Shown one piece after another: positions 10,013 to 19,995 of a stretch of DNA of 20,000 bases. The stretch's first letter is position 1. Every line of letters starts with the position of its first letter. Both the position numbers and the translations under genes were made by a program. This DNA comes from Chiloscyllium plagiosum (lineage: Eukaryota), in contig NC_057711.1 of assembly GCF_004010195.1 (NCBI RefSeq), positions 75,196,888 to 75,216,887 of the forward strand, read 5' to 3'. The notes beneath the pieces are model-generated. The model made no database searches. It was not told the origin of the DNA and saw only the letters and a program-made list of their open reading frames with translations.

Positions 10013-10589
10013 CATAAATATTGACAACTCTCTTAATTTCATTGAGTTAATCAATTATTATCAGCCTGGGAATTCATTGTTATGCCTGTTTTTTTAGTTA
10101 CCTGAGTGTCCAATATGCTGGGTAGGGAGGTATGCCACCTGCCATAATGATAAAGGCTGAAGGATAGCTGTCCAGCATTTTTAAACATGCAAAGAAAGAT
10201 AGGTTCTTTCAGTTGTTTCTGTTTCCCCCACCAAAAGTGAAAGCCTTACCAGAGCAGCTGCAAAGCCTTCAGGATTAATACATCTAAATCTGGGGATGTT
10301 TGAAGAATCTGCTGGAGACTGCCACCCAAACAATATATTTTAAAAGGACCCTTACCTGAATGTAGGCTCTGGGGAGATACACAAGTGTCCCTCTCTGCTC
10401 TACATCAGTCCTAGAGACAGGTGCAGGCTCCCAAACAACTGCCTACTAATCCTTCCCCTCACACAATCACCTCAAGATGGAGTCCGGCATTCACACCCAA
10501 GCACCAACATTCAGGAACAATGTCTTGTTTGTACTGGCCGCAGTACCCTTCTCCCAGAGTGATAAGGTCTAAACTATGGAGGCAGGATA

Positions 10590-10970
10590 CAACAGGGTGG
10601 TTCATTTTCTCTTGAGTTTAGGTTACTTAGGAGTCATGGTGTTTAGCGTAATAAATGGATTGGGTAGAAAAGACACTGAAACCATTTCCTTTGGTGGTAT
10701 AATCCAGAGCAACAGGATACAGTCTTAAATTTCAAATGCAGGTATTTAAGTGTAAGGTTCGGAGCACTTCTCAAAAAGGGTAGTCACCTTTGGAACTCAC
10801 TGCCCCAAAATACTGTGGCTGCTGTGAATTTTTTTAATTAACAGTTTTGTTTGCTAAGCCCATTAAGGTATTCAGTCAAAAGTGACAACTGGAATGGAGG
10901 TTTCAGATTGGCTGAATGATAGGGTAGGCTCTAGGTTTGAGTGCTCCACTTTGGTTCCTACATTCCTCTG
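10590..10970 (+). mobile_element. Old, highly decayed CR1 3' end
   Basis: Remnants of FSLE, and SQKG*SPLELTAP whose alternative frame gives LWNSLPQ (ctttggaactcactgccccaa). CR1-type 3'UTR ends ...ggttcctacattcc. Confidence 0.65.
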
Positions 10971-11034
10971 CCTTGACATGTGCCTTGTTTTCACCTGTGG
11001 CTTTCTTCATTTTGTTGCTTTTCACCTCATACCT

Positions 11035-12625
11035 CAGATACTATCTGTCCACAATAAACAGGATAAGTTCAACGCAGTCAATAACTACCCCATTAATCTA
11101 CTTTCCATTATAGCAAAGTGATAGAAGGAGTCACAGTTCACACTTCTACACACTTACTCTCAGTTCATATTCCAGCAAGACCAATTGGTTCCTGACCTCA
11201 TTACAGCCTCAGTCCAAACCTGGACAAAAGAGCTAAGCTCCAGTTCACTTCAGAGATCAGATAGGAGAGAGTGCCTTACTATGAAGGTAGCATTTGACGA
11301 AATGAGGCATCAAGGATTCAGAACAAAACTGGGAGTCAATGGGAATTGGGGGATAATTCTCCATTGGTTGCAATCATGACTAGCACAAGAAAGATGGTAA
11401 CAAACACTGAGTTGCTGGAAAAGCTCAGCAGATCCAGCAGCATCTATGCAGAGAAATGAGAGTTAATATTGTTGTTAACTTATAAAAACATAATGTTAAC
11501 CCATAAAAACCAACATTTTCTGAGCTACCATCAGTTCTGAGTAAGGGCCACTGGACCCGAAACATGAATTTTGATTTCTCTTCACAGATGCTGCCAGACC
11601 TGCTGAGCTTTTCCAGCCATTTCTGTGCTTGTTTCTGATTTACAGCATCCACAGTTCTTTCAGATTTTACAAGAAAGATGGTTGTAGTTGTTGGAGATAC
11701 ACCTCTGCAAAAGTTCCTTAGAGAACTGTCTTCAGCAATGACCTTCCTTTTATTATAAGGGCAGGAGTGGAGATGTGTATTGATGATTTCACAATGGTCC
11801 ACAGCCATTGAAGGAGTATTGTTCATATGTTACTGGAGCTGGTCAATACATAAGCTTTGGCTGATAAGTGGCAAGTAACATTCACACCACAAAAGTGCCA
11901 GGAAATGACCAACCCCAACATCAGAGAATTTGTACTTTGCCATTTGATGTTCAATTCCATTACTACCACTGAATCACAGACTATCAATGTCCTTGGGGTA
12001 GTTATTAATGAGGAATTTAATTAGGCTAGTCATATAAATACTGATGGTACAAGAGCTGGGGCAAGGTTGAGGATTCTTCTTCACTCTCCAAGCATTCTGC
12101 CATCAACAAGCCATATATCAGGAGTGCGGTGGAACACTCTTCACTTGCTTGGATGGTCTAGTGCCAATAATACTAAAATTAAACTTGACACCTTCAAAAA
12201 AAAGCAGCACACATGATTGGCACCCTGTTCATCACCTTTGATAACCATTCCCTCCACCAGCAACGCACAGTAGTAAAAGTATGTACTATCTACAAAATGC
12301 AATGCAATAATTCTCCAAGGTTCCTCCAACAGCAGCTTTCAAATGTGTGACCTTTCAAATGAGAGTTGGAGTGGATGGGTAGGAACACCTTCAAATTCAT
12401 GTTCACCTCTCAGCCACATCCATCCTGACTTGGAAATATATCAGCACCCCATGATTATTGTTGGGTCAAACCTCTGGATCTACCTTCCCCGATAGTACTT
12501 TGGGAGTACCCACACCACATGAAATGCAATGATTCAAGAAGGCAGCTCACCACCACCTTCTCAAAGGTAGTTAGGGATTGGCAATATTTATCTAACCAGT
12601 AATGCCCACATTTCACAGATTATAT
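11035..12625 (+). mobile_element. Decayed 3' half (RT + 3'UTR) of a second CR1/L2-group LINE family
   Basis: KQDKFNAVNNYPINLLSII; PDLITASVQTWTKEL; KVAFDEMRHQG; ILHWLQS; ADKWQVTFTPQKCQEMT; TESQTINVLGV. 3' end gattcaagaaggcagctcaccaccaccttctcaaaggtagttaggga...gcccaca. Confidence 0.85.
11399..11668. mobile_element. PLE terminal-repeat insertion with inverted arms and perfect 14-bp TSD, nested in the LINE RT region
   Basis: TSD acaagaaagatggt at 11385-11398 and 11669-11682. Inverted arms ~11410-11465 and ~11563-11620. Shares the gatgctgc...acctgctg...ttttccagc and cagcatc..cagt motifs with the PLE at 2425-3080. Confidence 0.85.
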
Positions 12626-12662
12626 TTTAAAGAATCAATTCTTCAGTCAGTCATACAAATTT

Positions 12663-12788
12663 AAAAATCACACAACACCAGGTTATAGTCCAACAAGTTT
12701 ATTTGGAAGCACAAGCTTTCAGAGCGCTGCTCCTTCATCAGGTAGTTGTGGAGTATAAGCTCATAGGACTCAGAATTTATAGCAAAAG
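12663..12788 (-). mobile_element. PLE terminal-repeat fragment containing a minimal hammerhead motif
   Basis: Same family as 3698-3768. Minus strand has ctacCTGATGAaggagcagcgctctGAAAgcttgtg. Confidence 0.75.
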
Positions 12789-13149
12789 CTATATGGAGGT
12801 GCCTGATAACTGAATGTTTGGTCACCTCTGTGGACCATGAAGCTACTAACCATGTGCTGTCCTGTCTGCTGCAGTCTCGCTGTCTGATTTCAAATTATGT
12901 CCTCCAGGGCAGGTTTCCCTATCCAGGCTATACCTGGTACCACTAATTGTATGCCAAATGCACATCCAACTCAGTTAGGGCCTTTATCTTTAAAAATTGT
13001 TGTACCACTGATGTTGATGTCGTGTAGGACCAGGACCCAGAAATGTTTTGGCCATTAAGTTCCTGACCCTAGATTAAAAATCAAGCTCAGAGAGTCAATT
13101 GCCTAATTCTGAAGAGTTCAGGACTGCACATATCTCAGGATTTGGATGA

Positions 13150-13430
13150 AGTCACAGAAATGGAAAAAGGTGGAACTGTTAATGAATTTTGAAACAGGGT
13201 GAACATTTTATATTGAGGTGGAAGCTAATGTAGACCAATGTAGATCAGTGCACATGGGGTGATGGGTGAGCAAGCCAAATGGTAACAGGCAGCTGAGGTT
13301 TGAATTACGTCAAGTTTATGGATAATATGAGATAGATCTGGAGAGCATTGGATTAGCCAGTCTAGAAATAATTATGATATGGATAAGGGTTGCTGCAGTA
13401 GAAGTGTTTAAGTAAGGAACAAAACCAAAA
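13150..13430 (-). mobile_element. Decayed L2 ORF2 C-terminal fragment
   Basis: Minus-strand peptides AATLIHIIIISRL, SNAL, KLDVIQTSAA, SPITP and DLHW match the L2 motif series LIHAFVTSRLDY.N.LL...KLQ..QN.AAR...ITP.L..LHWLP. Confidence 0.75.
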
Positions 13431-13874
13431 ACAATGAGAGTGATTGAAGGAGGTGGTCTTTCTGACAGTGTAACATGTAGCCATAAGCTTCTCTTTAGTT
13501 CACAAATGTTAGCTGTCGAAGATAGCTTTAAATCTGTCAATAAAGGAGTACTCAGTTAACTGGGATCCAAGAGAATTTCAAATCACTGAGGCCATTCATT
13601 CTTTGCAAGGGAATGTAGAATGGCTGGTTTAGGGCTGTGTAATTTTAGGAGCTACTGCATTTGGAAAAAAAATGAACACTGTTCAATTGTTCTCAACCTG
13701 AGATTGAAATGCGTGATATAGTAAGGAGGATTGGAACTGCCGGGCTAAAGTGTTTTAGCTTTGTGCATTTACACTGGAAAAGCATTGGCTGTGATTTCAC
13801 TCGTGTGCAAGGTGCATTTGTGGTGATTGCATTTCATGTAGAGAAACATGTGTTGTCTTATGGTGCACAGTAGT

Positions 13875-14137
13875 GGGGAGGTGATGGCCTAGCGGTATTA
13901 GCACCAGACTGTTAATTCAGGAACCGAAGTGATGTTCTGGGGACCTGGATTCAAATGCCTGCTATAGCAGAAGGTGAAATTTGAATTCAATAATTATCTG
14001 GAATTAAGAATTGATTGGCGATCATTGTTGGGGGAAAAGCCTATCTAGTTCACTAATGCCCCTTGGAAAAGGAAGCTGCCATCTTTACCTGGTCTGGCCT
14101 ACATGTGATGCCAGACCCACATCCAATGAATAAAAAG
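13875..14137 (+). mobile_element. tRNA-derived SINE (core resembles the MetaSINE domain)
   Basis: A box tggcctagcgg, B box ggattcaaatgc, core ctagttcactaatgcccctt...ctgccatctttacctggtctggcctacatgtga..ccagacccaca, tail tgaataaaaa. The family name is from recall. Confidence 0.8.
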
Positions 14138-14327
14138 CAATGCAATTCACCTTCAAGGGACACACTCATGGCTTTGTTACATTTTACATGTGACCTAATA
14201 TTATAAAGCTCTCAGTCTCCATCTCTGTTCTATTGAAGCATAAAATGCTGAGAAAGGAGAGCTTCAGTACATTTGAATCGCTTAGTTTGGGCCCAAACAT
14301 GCAAGTACCTGTGAAATATTTTCTAAA

Positions 14328-14607
14328 ACTCATTTATGGGAATTGGGTGTCACTGACTAGTTGATCTCTAATTGCACAGAGGCCAGTCAATCACATTGCT
14401 ATGGGTCTGGAGTCACATGTAGGTCTGACTCGGTAAGGATGCCAGTTTTATTCCCTAAAGCACATTGTGGAATAAAATTGTGACTACCAGAAGCTGTAAT
14501 AAAAGTTCACTGAATTCTTCATTACCATGTGACCCATGTCTCATATTATGGGAGCTAACAAAAATATAGTGTGATAATTGTGGATTATCAGTATATCCCA
14601 TCACCTC
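14328..14607 (-). mobile_element. Second, more decayed copy of the same SINE, inverted
   Basis: tgggtctggagtcacatgtaggtctgactcggtaaggatgccag is the reverse complement of the core above; ccatcacctc (14598-14607) is the reverse complement of its 5' end gaggtgatgg. Confidence 0.75.
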
Positions 14608-14669
14608 ATGTCATTGTGACAACTGGTATTAAATACAAGTAATTGCTTATAAAATAAACTTCACTGTTA

Positions 14670-14928
14670 GACAGCCCAGGATCTTAAAGCATTCAGATGG
14701 AATGAGATGAGAAACTTCTTTATCCAGAGAGTTGTTAAGATCTGGAATTCTTTCCCTGGGATGATGCTGGTGGCGATTCCGCAGGAGATTTCAAAAATAG
14801 CTGGATATATATTTGAAACGGATGAATTTAGAGGGCCAATGAGATAGGGCTGGCTGGGTAGCTCTTTCAGGAGCCAGCATAGACACAATGGGCCAAATGG
14901 CCTCCTTCTGTACTGCAAAGTTCTATGA
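14670..14928 (+). mobile_element. CR1 3' end fragment
   Basis: EMRNFFIQRVVKIWNSFPG; 3'UTR atgggccaaatggcctccttctgtactg, shared with 18908-18935. Confidence 0.8.
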
Positions 14929-15637
14929 ATAAGTTTGCAGGGGTACAGATCTCCAGACTTACCTTCTATCTATTCAAAGTTCAAGACTTGTCAAGTTAGA
15001 AGTCCTCTATCTAAATTATCTGCAGCATTTCTATTCTTCAAATAGCTCTTGAATAGATGTATGATAATTAATTGAAATTAATTACTTTCCACTTATTCTT
15101 TCCTCTCTGAATGGAAACATCATGACCCTGATTCCATCACAATGCTGAATGTAGCACAAGGTATTTTAACCAATAGCAGAGGATTTCATGGAGGAAACTA
15201 CTAACAGCAGGAGCTGCTGTTCATTTTCTAACAATAGATGCATTTACCAGTACATAAATTTACCTCAAAAGCTTCATTTTCATGAATGTTTAGACAATCA
15301 TTTTCCTCTGTAATATAGTTACAATAGTATATCCAACTTTTACTGAAACTAGTCACTACAATTGAAATCTAACCAGTGTTTTGAGAAAGCGCTGTTATAT
15401 GTGCTGCAGTATTGTTGGTGGTCCTCTGGTGACAAATCCTGAAAAGGTGCCTCAATTTGGATTTTGAGTACATCTCTAAAAATTGTTAGGCAATATAATG
15501 GCACAGGGAAAAGATTGTCACTGATGCATTCAGCAGTGCCAAATTCTCAATTAAAGAGAAGGTGGAAGCTGTATTTTGAGAAATGGGTATAAAAGTTTTT
15601 AAATGTGCCTTCAACAGACAAATTATTTCTATGCCTC

Positions 15638-16490
15638 TTTAATTCAACCTTGGGACATGGGCTGCACTGGCTGACCAGTATTTATTTCCTGCTCCTAGTT
15701 GACCTTGAGAAGGTGATAGTGAGCTGTCTTGTTGAACTGCTGCAGCCCGTGCACTGTAGATAGATCCGAAATGCCATGAGGGAGGCAATTCCAGGAGTTT
15801 GACCCAGCAACAAAGGAAGAACAACAGTATATTTCCAAGTCAGGTGAGTGACTTGGAGGTGAACTTACAAGTGTGATACTGCCCTTGTCATTCTAGATGG
15901 ATGTGGTCATGGGTTTGGAAGATGATTTCAAAAGATCTTTGGTGAATTTGCTGAAAACATCTTGTAGATAGTACTACTGCTATTGAGTATCAATGATGGA
16001 AGGAATGAAAGCTTGTGGATGTGATGCCAATCAAGCAGGCTGCTTTGACCTGAGCATGTCAAGCTTTTTGACTATTGTTGGAGCTGCACTCATCCAGGCA
16101 AGTGGGCAGTATTCCATCATATTCTTGATTTGTGCCCTGTAGAGATGGTGGACAGGCTTTGGGGAGTCAGGAGGTGAGTTACTCACTGTAGTATTCCTAG
16201 TCAGTGATCTGCTTTTGTAGCCACAGTATTTTATATTGTGAATCGAGTTGAATTTCTAGTCAATGGTAACTCCTAGGATGCTGATGCTAGGGGATTCAGT
16301 GAATGTGGTGCTTAGATGGTGGTATCTTTGACATTGTTGTATGGTATGATTCTGTGAGAATGACCTATGTCAGGCTGTCGCTTGACTAGTCTTTGAAACA
16401 GCTCTCCTAATTTTGCCATAGCCAGTAGATGTTAATAAGGAGGGCTTTGCAGGGTTGACAGGGCTTTTTTTGCCATTGTCTTTCCCAGTG
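15638..16490 (-). mobile_element. Internally deleted copy of the LINE family seen at 11035-12625
   Basis: 15640-16300 is collinear (reverse complement) with ~11965-12620. 16325-16490 encodes an endonuclease start, KLGELFQRLVKRQPDI.ILTESY. Confidence 0.82.
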
Positions 16491-16712
16491 CTGTGGGATT
16501 CCTTAACTAACTGTCAGACCCCCTTCTCCTTTCTGGTAGTCACTCTTTCCCATTTGGTCACCACATCCTGAGATGTATTACCCACACACTTCTCTATCCC
16601 ACTCCAAACCCTGAAGCTTGAGTTGCTGTAGTTGGAGTCATCTACTGCACTCATGATCATCGAGATCATGCTGAGCATCTAGTGCAAGATGTGCAAATCA
16701 CAGGCCTAAGCG
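16491..16712 (-). pseudogene. CR1 ORF1 N-terminal remnant (zinc finger / leucine zipper)
   Basis: Minus strand reads LRPVICTSCT...DDHECSR*LQLQQLKLQGLE...RVTTRKEKGV*QLVKES, paralleling CSSC...CRKC*LQLL at 8939-8780. Confidence 0.7.
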
Positions 16713-17019
16713 TTTTAGATACATCAGAATTTAATAGAGTACAAAATCATTCTTTTATTTTACCTTTACTCCTTTACGACTGAATGTACGGACCAGAAAA
16801 ATCTTATTCTTATTTATGTTGGACAAACAACCAGAACCGCTGTAACTCTATCAAGTGAACAAATTTAGTTTTAAAAGTCAAAACTAAGAATTATCCATAT
16901 AAAGTTTAAAAGCTGTACTTACACCTTAAAATAAATGAATACCTAATCACAAGACACAAGAAACAAAATATCCAAAATTGCCTATCTGCTCTCCTGTGGC
17001 ATCACCTTTCGATTTTGTT

Positions 17020-17612
17020 GGAACAGGTCCATCACTGGTCTGTCTGCTACTGGGACCTCTCTGCACTCACTGCTCCTTTTAAACACATTGCCATCGCTCC
17101 CAAGTCTGACACAGGTCCACAAGTGATCTGTCTGCTTCAAGAACCTCTCCTTACTCACTTCTCCTTTTAACTGTAACACTACCAGTCTAGACTCTCACCC
17201 AGGTTAGCCATTGGTCTTTCTATTTCGCGCATCTCGTTTTTCCTTTTAACCTCACTGCCACCACTCCAGAGGTCCAGCTCTGTTAAGTTCTAAGACCATT
17301 CCTCTCTTGATGCTCCTTTTAACATTGCAACTACAGCTCCCAAGTCCTGTATAGATCCACCATAGGTCTGTCTGCTTCTGGGATCTCTCCTCTCATGCTG
17401 CTCCTTTTAACCAGATAGCCACCATTCCCAGATTGCACACTAGTCCATCACTAGCCTGCCTACTGGGATATCTCCACTCTGTGCTGCTACATTTAGATTT
17501 ATAACCACATTTCCTGAGTCCCACATGGCTGGTTTCGCCAGCAGTCTGTCTGTTTCTGGAACTTCTTTGCCCTCAATACTTTGCTTATCTTTGCCAACAC
17601 TGCTTCCAAGTC
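17020..17612. repeat. Diverged tandem repeat, ~88-bp unit, about 6-7 copies
   Basis: The anchor ctccttttaa (or a variant) recurs at 17073, 17161, 17240, 17313, 17401 and ~17487. Other recurring blocks are ggtctgtctgct, ggga.ctctcc and ctcccaagtc. Confidence 0.85.
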
Positions 17613-18950
17613 AATGGAAAGGACAAGTAAATTTCAGGCTGGTGAGGCTAACTTTGCTAGTGGAGATGTTATTAGAAAAATTCTGAAGGACAAATATATC
17701 TACACTTGGAGAAACACAGATTAATCAGGGGTAGTCAGCATGGATTTGCGAAGGGAAGCTTGTATTTGACAAATTTGGTCAATTTCTTTGAGGAGGTAAC
17801 CAGGAGTGTTGAGTGTGCACATTGATGCGGTTCACATGGATTTAGCAAGGCTTTTGATGAAGTCCTTCATGGCAGACTGGTCAAGAAAGGAAAAAAAGCA
17901 TATGGGATCTGAGGTCAAAAATTGGCTAAGGTAGAAAACTGAGGGTGATGGTAGAGGGATGTCTCTGTGCCTGGAAGTCTGCTTCCAATGAAGCTTTGTG
18001 TGTCTAGGACCCTTGCTGTTGGTGGTGTACGTTATTATTTTGATTTAAGTGATGGGGTATGATAAAGAGGTTCACAGATAACACAAAAGTTGGTAAGGCT
18101 GGAAACAATATAGCCAGAAACTGCAGGAGTATATCAATAGAAGGGTCACTTCACAGAACAGCGGCAAATAGAATTCAATCCATAAAAGTGTGAAGTAATG
18201 AACTTGGGGAAGGCCATTAAAGCGAGGGATTACAAACTACAAATGGTTGGACCCTGGAAAATACTGAAAATTAGAGGGACCTAATATATCCAGAGATTCC
18301 TGAAAGCAACCAGACAGGTGATATGATGATTGAGAAAGCATATGGGATACTTGCCTTTATTAGCTGAGTGCAGAATCCAATGCAGGGCATTGGAATTGTA
18401 TAAAATACTGGTTCGGCCACAATTGGAGTTCTGCATGCAATTCTGCTTTCCATATTATAGAAAGTATCTGATTGCACTAGAGTGGATACAGAGGAGATTT
18501 ACCAGCATGTTGCCTATTTTGGAGTGTCTGAGCTATGAGAAAAGATTGTATAGTCTGAGGTTGTTTTCCTTGAAGTAGGCAAGCTTGCAAAGGGATCTGA
18601 TAGATGTTGTCACAGCTTTGAGAATCATAAATAATGTGGATAGATAAAGAAACATTTTTCATCAGTACAGGGGTCAAGAACTAGATGTAGAAGGCAAAGA
18701 GAAGAGTTGAAGAGGAATCTTTTTCACTTATAGAGTGGTGGAAACCTGGAACTCACTGCTTGAAAGGGTGGTTGAGTCAGAATCTCTCAGAAAATGTAAG
18801 CAATATTTAGATGTTCACTTGCATTGTCATTACCTCCAGGATTATTGCACCAAACATTTGAAAATGAGATTAGTGTAGTCAGACCTTTGTTGACTAGCAC
18901 AGACAAGATGGGCCAAATGGCCCCCTTCTATGTTGTAATCATCTATGGTT
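17613..18950 (+). mobile_element. Decayed CR1 ORF2 RT-to-3' end fragment
   Basis: HLEKHRLIRGSQHGFAKGSLYLTNLVNFFEEVT; SKAFDEVLHGRLVKK; LYKILVRPQLEFCMQFCFPYYRK; FFTYRVVETWNSL; CR1 3'UTR. Confidence 0.9.
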
Positions 18951-18999
18951 TAGGGTCACCTCATTTCCTCTATTTTATTTTAAAGATGCAGGATCAGAA

Positions 19000-19369
19000 G
19001 TCACAATCAATAACAGCTCCTAGTGATCTTCTGATAACTATGCACTAACATGTCCCATTCATTCCAATGTTCTTTCCAATCAATATGAAGTTCAAAGATT
19101 TGATCCTGTCCCTCTCCAGCCTGTGTAAAAACATTTCAACAAGCTGTATTTAGAGACATATGAGTCATTGGCTCCTCCCATCTCCTGCCACTAGCGCATC
19201 ACAAAGGCATGAGAAGAGTGAAACATCATCCAAGATTGCTACTTTCAAAGTGCACTTGTATCTAGCTTCACCCACACAGGCAATTGAATGTCCAATCCTC
19301 AATTTCTCTATCACTTTCTTCCTTTAAGATGCTCCTTAAAAGCCAACTCATTCACTAAGCTTTTGGTCA
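19000..19369 (+). mobile_element. Decayed L2 3' fragment
   Basis: SFKMLLKSQLIH*AFG at ~19320-19367 parallels SFKMFLKIELFDHAFG at ~3511-3558. The upstream boundary is uncertain. Confidence 0.55.
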
Positions 19370-19995
19370 GGAACAAGTTGAAGCTTTTGGAAGCAGAGAC
19401 TGATGACACTGCCAGTTCGCAAGGCGGCCAAGTTTGTCAATCAAACGTTGCCGCAGAGGCAGAGCGGAAGAGTCGGACATCGCACAGAGCCGTGGTAATA
19501 GGGGACTCCATCGTGAGAGGAACTGACCGGGGTTTTTGTGGCAGCAGACGGGATTTAAGGATGGTGTGTTGCTTTCCTGGTGCTAGAATGAAAGACATCG
19601 CGGACAGAGTGCAGGAAATCCTCAAGGATGAGAGTGAAGAGCCAGAGGTGGTGGTACATGTCAGCACAAATGATGTCGGGAAGAAGAGGAGGAACATACT
19701 ACAGCGAGACTCCGGAGAACTAGGAAGAAGGCTGAAAAGCAGGACGTCCAAGGTGGTTATCTCCGGTTTGCTCCCAGTTCCTCAGGCTAGTGTGGCCAGA
19801 AACAGGGAGATAATGGACTTGAACGCGTGGTTGGGGAACTGGTGCAGGAAGCAAGGATTTAAGTTCTTGGATCACTGGGGTATATTTTGTGGTAAACATA
19901 AATTCTACAAGAGAGACGGCTTGCACCTAAATAGGTTAGGGACCAGTATTCTGGCAGGCAGGTTTTCTACTGCAACACAGCTACATTTAAACTAA
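19370..19995 (+). CDS. CR1 ORF1 SGNH/GDSL esterase domain, open frame, 5'-truncated; the element probably continues past the window
   Basis: VVIGDSIVRG (block I), CFPGAR (II), VHVSTNDVG (III), RDGLHLN (V); stop in ttaaactaa. The ZF/LZ N-terminus is absent. Confidence 0.9.

Noticed and set aside
10351..10425. Possible 55-bp minus-strand exon (ctag|gactgatg...attcag|gtaagg; TDVEQRGTLVYLPRAYIQ)
   Set aside because: Modest acceptor, no recognisable protein similarity and no partner exons.
13540..13870. Repeat-free stretch (also 12790-13100 and 14930-15640) as a possible enhancer or conserved non-coding element
   Set aside because: No diagnostic motif; needs cross-species alignment.
14957..15030. 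Strong minus-strand splice donor (aag|gtaagt) suggesting a coding exon
   Set aside because: All three frames have stops just upstream and there is no good acceptor; a non-coding exon cannot be supported from sequence alone.
15409..15446. IVGG peptide resembling a trypsin-like protease mature N-terminus
   Set aside because: Only a four-residue match, weak splice signals and no following protease motifs.
17020..17612. CRISPR-like array
   Set aside because: Whole units are homologous (no unique spacers), the repeats are degenerate, there are no cas genes, and the context is vertebrate.
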